DNA of 64,000 nt, taken from contig NW_003314342.1 in NCBI RefSeq assembly GCF_000143415.4, positions 206,074-270,073 on the forward strand. Direction: 5' to 3'. The notes below the pieces were generated by a model. The model was not told where the DNA came from. It worked only from the letters and a program-made list of their open reading frames with translations, and ran no database searches. Made by a program: the position numbers and the translations under genes. This DNA comes from Selaginella moellendorffii (taxonomy: Eukaryota; Plantae; Lycopodiophyta). Positions 1 through 10,121 of this stretch are shown one piece after another (the first letter of the stretch is position 1; each line of letters begins with the position of its first letter).

Positions 1-604
1 GTGAACAGAAGAATCATATTCTTATCAATATTTCTTCTTTCTGCTCCAAGTATTATAGGTCAAGTCGCGGAGGTAATGGAGAAGTTGGTTTGCCACGAGA
101 GACTTTTAATTCAAAGAGTGTTGGAAACAAAGGTATGCTCTCGATCTGCGTCCCAGTGATCGATTAGATCCAATCTTTTGTTAAAGTAAATATAATATAC
201 GACCATAATATTAACAGACTTCGTCAAATCGAGAAGGAAGAAAACAAGATTGGAAAGCTTTTTTTCCATATTACCTCGTCGTACTTAGGAAACCAAGTTG
301 TCAACGAATTTGATCCTTCCCAAGACCAAGTCTCCAAGTAAAATCCGCGCGTCAACCGCTGCCAAAAAACCACGAGGAAACTTTCTCGGTTGTTATAGAG
401 AGACTCCCTCTTCTATCCAGAGGATCCGCAAAGACTCGTTGTTCTTTTTACTTGCAGTAGCAGTGTGTTCAGAGGTAGGATCTGGTCCAGCTACAATTCG
501 GACTTATCTAAGTCTTGACGTGTACACAGTAGCACCCAGGAGGTAGTACCCAGGAGGCAGATTTGAATCTGATCTCTTTTCCAGACTAAGTCTAGCTAAC
601 ACGA

Positions 605-636
605 TTGCTCGGTCGTTGCAAGGGGCGTATATATAA
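605..636 (+). promoter_or_regulatory. Conserved CRP core promoter block (TTGCTCGGTCGTTGCAAGG + TATA)
   Basis: The same block precedes CRP-1, CRP-2 (about 1739-1765), CRP-4 (about 4313-4340) and CRP-5 (about 5667-5697). Confidence 0.6.
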
Positions 637-723
637 CGCGCCTCACTCGATCAAGACGAAATCACCACACTTTCACTTCTCTTATAATCCACAGGTTTTA
701 CTCTTAGAGTGGCAGCAATAGCG

Positions 724-918
724 ATGGACAAAATTCGTCTGGCTTGCCTTGGGCTTGTTGCCATGTTTGTGTTGCTCCTGGTAATGGGAGTGGACGTGGG
801 AGGAATCGCAAACGCTGCTGCCCAGCGCTGCCAGTCGGGGTGGTATTGGTATGACAATGGTTGCCACCGTTGCCCGAGGGGTTCGAGCTGGCGCAACAAT
901 CGCTGCTGGAGAAACTGA
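724..918 (+). CDS. Secreted Cys/Trp-rich peptide CRP-1 (64 aa, 2 modules)
   Basis: ATG 724. Hydrophobic signal peptide MDKIRLACLGLVAMFVLLLVMGVDVGGIANAAA, then QRCQSGWYWYDNGCHRCPRGSSWRNNRCWRN. TATA box at 628-636; several paralogues in the window. Confidence 0.85.
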   Translation: MDKIRLACLGLVAMFVLLLVMGVDVGGIANAAAQRCQSGWYWYDNGCHRCPRGSSWRNNRCWRN

Positions 919-1892
919 AGCCTCTGCTTTTAAGGGTAAGCGCAATTCTCAATTCAACTCGTAATCTCTATGAGTGCATTGCCAGGGTCTGGAAATAAGA
1001 ATAAAAGACACCGGACGGTAACATGTTTGTGTGGAACAAATAAAATTTTTTTTTGTCTTTTTCTTTCTTTTTTTTCTTTTTTGCTTCATCTCGAGAGTTT
1101 TGAGCTCCCGTGGCAATACTTCCTCATCGTCTAGCAACCTTTCTTCTTGGTTTACAAACTAGAAAATTAAGCTTTTTGGATCAATGGCTCATCTTCGTGT
1201 TGGGAATGGAACCCATGTTATGAGACAACCACATGATTTGCAGCTGGAAGTAACTCGCATGATGAAGGCGGCTACGAACGCATTATCGAGCAACATCAGG
1301 TTCGAGATAGTCGGAGGACCTCTTTCTTTTCGATTCGGTGCCACAGATAATCACGCAAGTAGCAGGATGACTCATGCCTCGAGGTGAGACAATCGATGCT
1401 ACTGGCTGATCGCAAATTGATCGACCACGTGGTAGAAGTGATTCCAAACACTCCAGCCAAATTTTCATTAATATCATATATTAAATCGACAATAAGAGCT
1501 GAGGGTGTCTATATACTCGAGCAACTATTGCCTGATAAATCTAACCAGAATTATATAACATTAAAATAGCATTAATAATGAAATTAACATTATATTATAG
1601 AGATATATGAGTGTATACTATTAAGTCGATGTGGAACGACGAAAAGCGTATTAGAAAACCAAATTGTCAATAAATCTGATCCTTCCCAAGACCAACCGAT
1701 GAGCCACAAAGTTACCCACAAACAATGCACGTGGAAACTTGCTTCGTCGCAAGGTGAGTATATAGATACCCCTCTCAGGAGAGGTTTCCACAATCTCTCT
1801 TCTAACAGATTCAGTGCTCAGAAGATCTTCGAAGAAGCTCTCTAATGCTTATTTGGTTTCTTGTTCTTTTCGCTTGCAATAGCGGTCCAGCG

Positions 1893-2099
1893 ATGAGGAA
1901 GAGTCAGTTGGTTTGCCTTGGGCTTGTTGCCATGTTTGTGATGATGCTGGCCATGGGAGTGGAAGGGGGAGGAAAGGTTGCTGCCCAGCGCTGCCAGAGA
2001 GGGTGGTACTGGTATTACAATGGTTGTCATGACTGCCCGAAATGCTGGTATTCCAAAGCGGCTGGAGCTGGGCCAATGGCCGCTGCTGGAAAAACTTAG
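1893..2099 (+). pseudogene. CRP-2, frameshifted copy
   Basis: Signal peptide and first module intact. Relative to CRP-5, a 25-nt deletion after TGGTATT (about 2052) shifts the frame; the shifted frame still reads QSGWSWANGRCWKN. Confidence 0.75.
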
Positions 2100-3406
2100 A
2101 TATCCGTAGTCATGCCAAAAGTCTATCAACATCATAATTCGGAAGGTTTTGTTTGAATGATGTAAGATCCTCCTAAATCCTAATTAGGATAAAACGATTG
2201 TTTGTGATCTGTTTAATTTCATCTGGAGTAGATTCTTGTCTCCAGTCACGGAGCTTTTCTTGCGTGGCAATTCTTTGGTTGTTATATAGCAAACAGAACA
2301 GCAAGAATTATGTTACTGATCTTTAAGTTTTTTGCGGTATTTGGCCAGCGCTGGTGTTCGGATAAGATAAGAATTGCCTGGTCTGCAAGCTCCAAAAACC
2401 GATCAAGCCAAGAGAATCTGGTGTATGTGGTTTTGTCCTTTAAAGTCCACAGGAATGTACTAACACGAACGCATGTTGTACAAGAGATCAGGCCAAGTTG
2501 GAACAAACGTATTACTAAAAACTATATGATTTATCGAAAGAGTGAACAGAATTACATAGCTAGCCAATGGTCATATTTTTATTCTTTCGTTGGTCCAAGT
2601 CAAACAGTGTAAAAGTCTGTAAAGAAAAAAACACATTGGTGGCAACACTGCTCTTCTCGACAAGCTCTCACAGCTCTACAGTCGCTTCCAACTGTAACAG
2701 CGTAAATTCCAGCACACCAGACTTTTCAAGGCCTGTGCGAATGCATTGAGAAAGAGGTCTCTGGAAACACCTGCAGTAACGAAGTAATTTAAGACTTTCG
2801 TGCGCTACCGTTTATGAGAAGCACAGCGAGCTCCATGAGCAGCAAAGGACCCCCTACAAACAAAGACATTGAGAAGATGGAAACAAAAACTAAGAGAGAA
2901 ATACCTGTGAGAGTGAGCTCATGCGAGACAAGCACCACAATCCTTCCACGCATAAAATGTAGGCCATGGGAAGGAGTATCGCGCCGCTCCCTCACTCACC
3001 AAAAGAAGCCCTAGAAATCCAAATGCCGCGACCCCCGAGCTTGAGAAGCGATCGCAATCCCACCTTGCGCTTGATCGCTCCTATTCCCGTCTAAAGAACA
3101 AAGAAAAAGATCTGCAATCCTGACCGTTCAAACTCAGCGTTGGCGATTATGCCAAGTGGCAACCGATTTTAACAAATGCAAACCTTAATTGAGTCTTTTC
3201 AAATGGTGGGCGCGAATTGTAATGAAAGACTTTGGCCTGGAGCCGCGCGGTCTTTGTATCTATCCACACACTCTCGACGCTATATAAACACCACATCTCT
3301 TACAATCCCCCACACTCTCTCTAGTGCTCCTTTGTTCTTTCGCTTTGGTTTGCTCTTTCTCTCTTCTCCAATTCCAATCAATCAATCAATCGATTGACCG
3401 ATTGCT

Positions 3407-3640
3407 ATGGCAAGCAGCAAGACTCGATTGGTGTGCCTGGGCCTGGTTGTGATGTTTGTGATGCTCCTGGCGGTGGGAGTGGAGGTCGGGGGGATCACCA
3501 AGGCGGTGGCGCAGCGCTGCCGCAGGGGATGGTACTGGAATGGATCTCGCTGCGTGCAATGCAATTGGTACTGGTATGACAACGGCTGCCATCGATGCCA
3601 GCGTGGGTGGCGCTGGAATGGCAGCCGCTGCGTCAATTAA
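3407..3640 (+). CDS. Secreted Cys/Trp/Arg-rich peptide CRP-3 (77 aa, 3 modules, middle one 12 aa)
   Basis: Signal peptide followed by QRCRRGWYWNGSRCVQCNWYWYDNGCHRCQRGWRWNGSRCVN. TATATAAA at 3281. Confidence 0.85.
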   Translation: MASSKTRLVCLGLVVMFVMLLAVGVEVGGITKAVAQRCRRGWYWNGSRCVQCNWYWYDNGCHRCQRGWRWNGSRCVN

Positions 3641-4373
3641 GGAAAGTTTGTGAGTGATCTCTGGGGCCTGGAACCATGGGAGCGAATGTCGAATGGGTGA
3701 AGAAGTACATAGAATAAAACTGTGGCTTCGAAACGGGAATGTTTTGGAGTCCTTGTGTGAAATCTATTCCGATGTTCAGGCTCTGAGATTATCAATGATA
3801 AATATGGTGTGTTTTCTGGAAAGTGGTTGTCGCAGTGTAACGTTCGCAAAATGCATGCATTTTTAATATATAACTTTGCATGCGATTTCATATATTCAGC
3901 CAACAAACTTTCCAACTGTGCAGAGAATGACCAAGAAAATCTTAACATTGACGTACACTAAAATAGAAAGAAAGCCAAATATTGAGATTGAAGAACAGGT
4001 GGTTCTTCAGAAATCTGGAATCAATCTATGCATGGATGTAAAGCGTCCAGCTTTCGGTAACATTATAAATGTAAACACAACAGTTCCAAAAGCAATATAA
4101 ATAGCTAAGTGTTTTTGTTTTGTCAATGAAAAGCTGTTTATTTTGTCCCGAGACTTTGCCATCCTAGTCTCGACGTGGAACTTAAAAGAAGATGCAAAAG
4201 CTCTGGCATGTGACACAGTAGTCAGGAGGCAAATTTGTCAACGAATCTGATCTCTTTTACAGACGAAGTCTAGCAGTTTTACCACATACGGCACAATTAT
4301 ACACACGGAAATTTGCTCGGTCGTTGCAAGGGACGTATATGAAACGCCCCTCTCAATCGAGACGAAATCATCA

Positions 4374-4548
4374 TTCGTCTGGCTTGCCTTGGGCTTGTTG
4401 CCGTGTTTGTGTTGCTCCTGGTAATGGGAGTGGACGTGGGAGGAATCGCAAACGCTGCTGCCCAGCGATGCCGGAGAGGGTGGACAAAGGTTGCCACCAC
4501 TGCCGAAAGGGTTGGAGCTGGCGCAACAATCGCTGCTGGAGAAACTGA
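4374..4548 (+). pseudogene. CRP-4, pseudogenised duplicate of CRP-1
   Basis: Near-identical to CRP-1 including flanks. The 5' UTR and ATG are deleted, and a 10-nt deletion (TATTGGTATG) frameshifts module 1. Confidence 0.8.
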
Positions 4549-5831
4549 AGTCTCTGCTTTTAAGGGTAAGCGCAATTCTCAATTCAACTCGTAATCTCTA
4601 TGAGTGCATTGCCAGGGTCTGGAAACAAGAATAAAAGACACCGGACTGATGTTTGTATGGAACAAATAAAATATATTTTTGTGTTTCTCTTTTTTCTGTT
4701 TTTTGCTTCATCTCTGGAGACACTGAAACTTCAGGTTTTAAGGGGTAAGTGCAATTCTCAAATCAACTCGTAATTTCTATGATTTCATCATGCTGCACTG
4801 TCAGGGTCTGGAAACAAGAATAAAAGACACTTTGTATCTTGCAGCAATAATAACATACATATAAAACTTTGCTTCATCTCGAGAGTTGTGAGCTCGGGTG
4901 GAATTACTTCGCAAACTTTCTTTGTTTACAAACTAGAAGATTAAGCCTTTTAGATCAATGTCTCATCTTCGTGTTGGGAATGGAACCATGAGATAAAGCC
5001 ACCTGATTTGCTTTACCGAGTAGAGCTTGCATGATGAAGCCGGCCACTGCATTATCGAGCAACATTGGGGGACCTCTTTCGTTTCGCTTGGGTGCCACAG
5101 ATAATCACACAGGTAGCAGGATGACTCATGCCTGGTATCACGAGAGACTTTGCATGATCCAAGTGGAAGGCATGCTTTCTATCTGCTGCGACCCAGCTCC
5201 TGCAAATTGATCGACCACATGGTAGAAGTGATTCCAAACACTCCAACATTATTAGTTGAAATTTCCATTAATATCACATACTAAATCGACAATAAGAGTT
5301 CAGGAACCTCTTGAGAGGGTGTCTATATACTCGCAACCGAGAAAGCATTTCCCGATCTAACTCGTACTTTACAGCAGAAGCAGCAGGGGCGATGAGCAAG
5401 ACCCTGATTTGTTGTTGCACCAAAAAGGTGCAGCAAATTGACTAACATTATATCAACGGCGCTCGTTTTGGAGCTTACTGCTACGACAGACTTTGTCAAG
5501 TCGTTGTGGAAGGACGAAAAGGTTATTTTTCCGTATTATTGAGAGTACTACGTACTTAGAAAATCAATTTGTCAACGGATCTGATCCTTCCCAAGACCAA
5601 GTCTAGCGAACGGCGCGCGTCAACCGATGGGACACAAAGTTATCCGCAAACAATGCACGCGGAAATTTGCTCGGTCGTTGCAAGGGCGAGTATATAGATA
5701 CCCCTCTCAAGAGAGGGTTCCACAATCTCTCTCCTGGCCATCATCCTGATTCAGTGCTCAAAGATCAGAAGAAGCTCTTTAATAGTTCTGATTTGGTTTC
5801 TTGTTCTTTTCGTCAGTCAAAGTATATAGCA

Positions 5832-6074
5832 ATGGCGATGAGCAAGACTCAGCTGGTTTGCCTTGGGCTTGTTTCCATGTTTGTGATGATGCTGGCCATG
5901 GGAGTGGACATGGGAGGAATCGCAAAGGTTGCTGCGCAGCGCTGTCCGATAGGGTGGTACTGGTATGACAATGGTTGTCACCCCTGCCTGAAAAACTGGT
6001 ATTGGTATGGCGGAAGCTGCCACCGATGCCAGAGCGGCTGGAGCTGGCGCAAAGGCCGCTGCTGGAGAAACTGA
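5832..6074 (+). CDS. Secreted Cys/Trp-rich peptide CRP-5 (80 aa, 3 modules)
   Basis: ATG 5832 (or 5838). Signal peptide followed by QRCPIGWYWYDNGCHPCLKNWYWYGGSCHRCQSGWSWRKGRCWRN; conserved promoter upstream. Confidence 0.85.
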   Translation: MAMSKTQLVCLGLVSMFVMMLAMGVDMGGIAKVAAQRCPIGWYWYDNGCHPCLKNWYWYGGSCHRCQSGWSWRKGRCWRN

Positions 6075-6854
6075 GGACTTTAAGCCCAAACACACCAAGT
6101 ATAAAAAGATATGATGCGATGTAAAAATGTTGTTATTAAACTATTTAACTCATCTCGAGAGTTTACTTAGATTCTTGTCTCCAGGCACTGAGCTTTTCCT
6201 GGATGGCAGTTCTTTCGCTCCTTATTTCATGTTGGTGTTGTTACGTAGCAAACGGAACAGCAAGAACAACAGATGCCGTAAACACAAAGATCAATTTACA
6301 GCATCAATTGTTGTCGTAGATCTATACCAGTCTTTTAGTTTTTTGGCGGTGTTTGGCCGGCGCTGGTGTTCGGATAAGATAGGAATTGCCTGGTCTGCAA
6401 GTTCCAAAACCCAACCTGATCAAGCCAAGAAGAAGCAATAATTTCGAGAGAGTCTAAAAGTAATGTATATGTTGTACCAGAGATCAGGCCAAGTTGTGTT
6501 GGAACAAACACAAAATTACTAAAAATTACATGATTCATCCACAGAGTGAACAGAAGAACACGGCTAGCCATATTCTTATCAATATTTCTTCTTTCCATTG
6601 GTCCAAGTCAAGAGCCGCTCAAACAGAAACAAGAGTCTGTACAAAAATCTCCCTGTATATACCGTGTATACACCGTGGCCACAAGTCTATTATAATTGAC
6701 TCTACATGTAATCTCTTCATACTTCTCGGCACTATAAATGCCTCCTCGGCCTTCATTGGCATCATCCATCCCAGAAATCAAAGCTTCTCACAGCAAACTT
6801 CTCTCCAAAATCTTTCTCATCTCACTCAACTCAATCAAGAAGAATTCTTCGCTA

Positions 6855-7226
6855 ATGGCAATGGTGGCGAGCTACTCTTCTCGCGTGGCCTTCATTGGAG
6901 TGGTAGTCGTGCTCCTCTTAATCGGCGTGGACGTTGGCAATGGCATCGCAAAGGCCCAGGCACAGAGCTGTCGGTCCGGTTGGCACTGGTCCGGTGGCAA
7001 GTGCATCCAATGCCCGGCCGGGTGGTACTGGTACAATAGCAGGTGTAACCAGTGCCTGTCCGGGTGGTACTGGTACAATGGCAAGTGCAACCAGTGCCAG
7101 TCCGGTTGGTACTGGTACAGTGGTAGCTGCCACCAGTGCCAGTCCGGTTGGTACTGGTACAACAACAGTTGCAACCGGTGCCCATTGGGGCGGAGCTGGA
7201 CTGGTACTGGCTGCTCCAAGAACTGA
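6855..7226 (+). CDS. Secreted Cys/Trp-rich protein CRP-6 (123 aa, 6 tandem 14-aa modules)
   Basis: ATG 6855, signal peptide ending GIAKAQA, six 42-bp repeats encoding CxxGWxWxxxxCxx. TATAAA at 6733. Confidence 0.85.
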   Translation: MAMVASYSSRVAFIGVVVVLLLIGVDVGNGIAKAQAQSCRSGWHWSGGKCIQCPAGWYWYNSRCNQCLSGWYWYNGKCNQCQSGWYWYSGSCHQCQSGWYWYNNSCNRCPLGRSWTGTGCSKN

Positions 7227-7624
7227 GGAAGAAATTTACCATTATTCCACATGGTAAAAAGAGATTATATGGTGTGTGCTTTGTTCTTTGTTTGTGTGAC
7301 TGGATTTCGTTTTTTTACTGTGTGTCGAAGTAAATAATGCCAAGGTTGTTTGGCAGAGTTTGATATCTTTTGTCTATTCGCTCTTTAAGAAATTTACCTT
7401 GTTTTATCCTTCGCGCTCTAAAGACGTAGACGATATCTTGGTAAATATTTCCAGGGTTTTTCGATGATGCTCGTCGAGGAGCGCCACTGGGAATCCGCGC
7501 GGCGCGGCGCGGCGAGCTGGATGCGCCGGATCGAGCGCCAGCGATTGATTCCCGTGGAATGCAGGTCCCGGGAGCTCGATCGGCTAATGCTGCCGGCAAC
7601 CCTAGGAGAGGGCGGTGATTTCAA

Positions 7625-10121
7625 ATGCGCTTCGCTCAATCATTCCACTCGAGAATCCTCCCGGCGATGAGCGGACACGATCGCAGATCTGGCGCCCAGG
7701 TGAGTGGAGTGAAAGCGAGTGCTATCTAGCCTGGCGCGTCAAAGTACTCGCTTGTCGTCGTGCTCTCCTGCTGTAGGGTTGTGCGCAGTCCTTGGCGATG
7801 GCGCATCGTCGTAGCTTCCGGGACGCTATCGAAATTCTCAATGGTCTAATCACCAAGAAGCGTGGAGGAGGGGGAGCAGTGGTGGATTTGGATCGTTCGC
7901 CAAGCACCCACGATAGCAGCCGATGGGAGAACCATTTCCAGCTCGTTGCTGACCATCTAAAGGTACCATTTTTTCTTCGGTTTTTGGTTTCTTCTCGAGC
8001 TTTTTTTTTTCCTCCTTCAGTTGCTCGGGTTGGAGGAGCCAGTATCGAAATTAAGCGTAATTCATGTGGCTGGAACCAAGGGAAAGGTACTCAAAACCAG
8101 TTTCTTTCTTTTTGACGAGCCTAGTCTGTGACAGGGTTCTACTTGTGCATTTGTGGAGAGAATTTTGCGAGCGTCTGGTTTCCGGACTGCTCTTTTCACC
8201 TCGCCTCATTTGCTAGACATTAGAGAACGATTTAGATTGAACGGGTAAGTGTTGTGATGGCATTATCAAGTTTACAGTGTTCGTTTAAATCAGGGAGGAG
8301 GTCTCCGAGGAGACTTTTAACAAGTATTTTTGGTGGTGTTGGGATCATCTCCAGGTTGGTTAACGCGATTTGTTCTTTTTATTTTGTAATTGATAGGCAA
8401 ATGCAGGCAAATGAGGCCGAGCAGGGGCTCCCTATGCCACGTCTCTTTCGGTTCCTCACAATTTTGGCATTCAAGATGTTTACGTCGGAGGATGTGAGAA
8501 AACTAGACTATGTTTTTTAATATTGCTTTACGGCTTAACTCGTGACCAACAGGTTGACGTTGCTATCTTGGAAGTCGGTTTAGGAGGTCGCTGTGATGCA
8601 ACCAATGTGGTAAGCAGCTCCGCTGCCGATGAAGTTGACTTGTCCTTTTGTTTCTCAGGTTCGAAATCCAGCCATCTGTGGAGTAGCATCACTCGGCTAC
8701 GACCATATGGAGATTCTTGGTTTCCTTTTTTTAATATCATCGTTCGCTTGCTGACGTGCTCGTTTGTAGGAAACACACTCGCGGAAATTGCAACGGAGAA
8801 GGCTGGGATTTTCAAGGTACTTGTATCTAGATTTATCTATTCTTCTTACGTCTTGGCACCGGTTGAAGGCAGGCGTACCAGCTGTTACAGTGCCACAGCC
8901 AGCTGAAGCATTGGAGGCTCTGAAGAAGCGTGCCTTGGAGCTAAATGTGGGCATTGTTTTTGTGTAAATCTAGGCCGAGCTGACGCATTCTTTGTGAGCA
9001 GATACCTTTGGAAATTGCTCCTCCTCTGGAAACTTATAATCTGGGAGACTTAAAGCTTGGACTGCAAGGAGAGCATCAACGGACCAATGCTGCTCTTGCC
9101 GTGAGGCTTTGCAGAGGCTGGGCGGAGAGATCCGATCACCAAGAGCACAAAGCAATCCTGAACGAGGTAAGCGTTTTAATTGTTCTTTTCTACTTGAGCT
9201 CCTTTTCTCGTTGCGAAGGCTCTTGAGCAAGGTCGTTTACCTGATTCATACATTAAGGGGCTCGTTGAAGTGCGGTGGGCAGGAAGAGCAGAGATTGTCC
9301 GTGAGAAGAAGCTAAGCTTCTACCTGGACGGGGCTCATAGCCCAGAAAGTATGGAAGCCTGTGCTAAGTGGTTTTCTTCCGCTGCTAGAGCCGACAACAT
9401 CCACAAAGAGAATGAAGAAATATCGGCATTCGATATTAAGCAGTTTTACACACCAACTTCGAACTCTAGACAGGTGAATTTTGTTGAGTTGGCTAACGAT
9501 ATCAGCGTTATTTGTCTGTGTAGATCTTACTCTTCAATTGCATGCCCAAGCGCGATCCCAACCTTCTATTCCCACCCTTGCTAGATATCTGCAAACAACA
9601 AGGTTTTTCGACTTGTTGAAGCAAAGCTCTTTGGCTGAAAGTTCATGTTTCTTGTTTGTAGATATTTCACTCGAGCTGGCGATATTCGTACCCCCGTACT
9701 CGAGCTACACGTCAATTGACAACACTCACGATTCTCCCGTTGATCCAGATCTCTCGTGGCAAAAGGTGTTACAGCAGCACTGGGAGTCCTTCAAGGAGAA
9801 AGGTAAAATATCGAGCTAGTTTTCCAACTGGAACTGCTTGCGAATTATCTTGCAGATTCGAAAGCCGAAGACTATCGTCGAGAGTTTCTTTCCGGCCTGG
9901 AAAACGGCTATAGCTCATGCCATTTTGGAGTTTCCAGTGCAGTGATGCCATCGCTACCAGCAGCCATTGATTGGCTGCGCTTTTGCTCAGCTCGCCATCC
10001 AAATCTTCATCTCCAGGTACTTGGTGAAAACTCTTTATGGCGTAAGCGGTTGTTTCTCTCTCAGGTTTTGGTGACTGGTTCTTTGTATTTGGTTGGCGAT
10101 GTTTTGCGGCTGCTCAAGTAA
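7625..10121 (+). CDS. FPGS: Folylpolyglutamate synthase, multi-exon
   Basis: Spliced exons give [62 protein letters not shown] and [18 protein letters not shown], with many introns of about 50 bp. Start is uncertain (in-frame ATGs at 7625, 7667 and 7798). Confidence 0.9.

Noticed and set aside
6960-7200. CRISPR-like repeat array
   Set aside because: The repeats are in-frame 42-bp coding units without unique spacers, in a eukaryotic context with no cas genes.
724-7226. CRPs as cyclotide-like (AEP-cyclised) or BURP-cyclised RiPP precursors
   Set aside because: The conserved Asn is the last residue, with no C-terminal tail for AEP transpeptidation, and no BURP or other modifying enzyme gene is in the window. 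Not excluded in trans, but unsupported.
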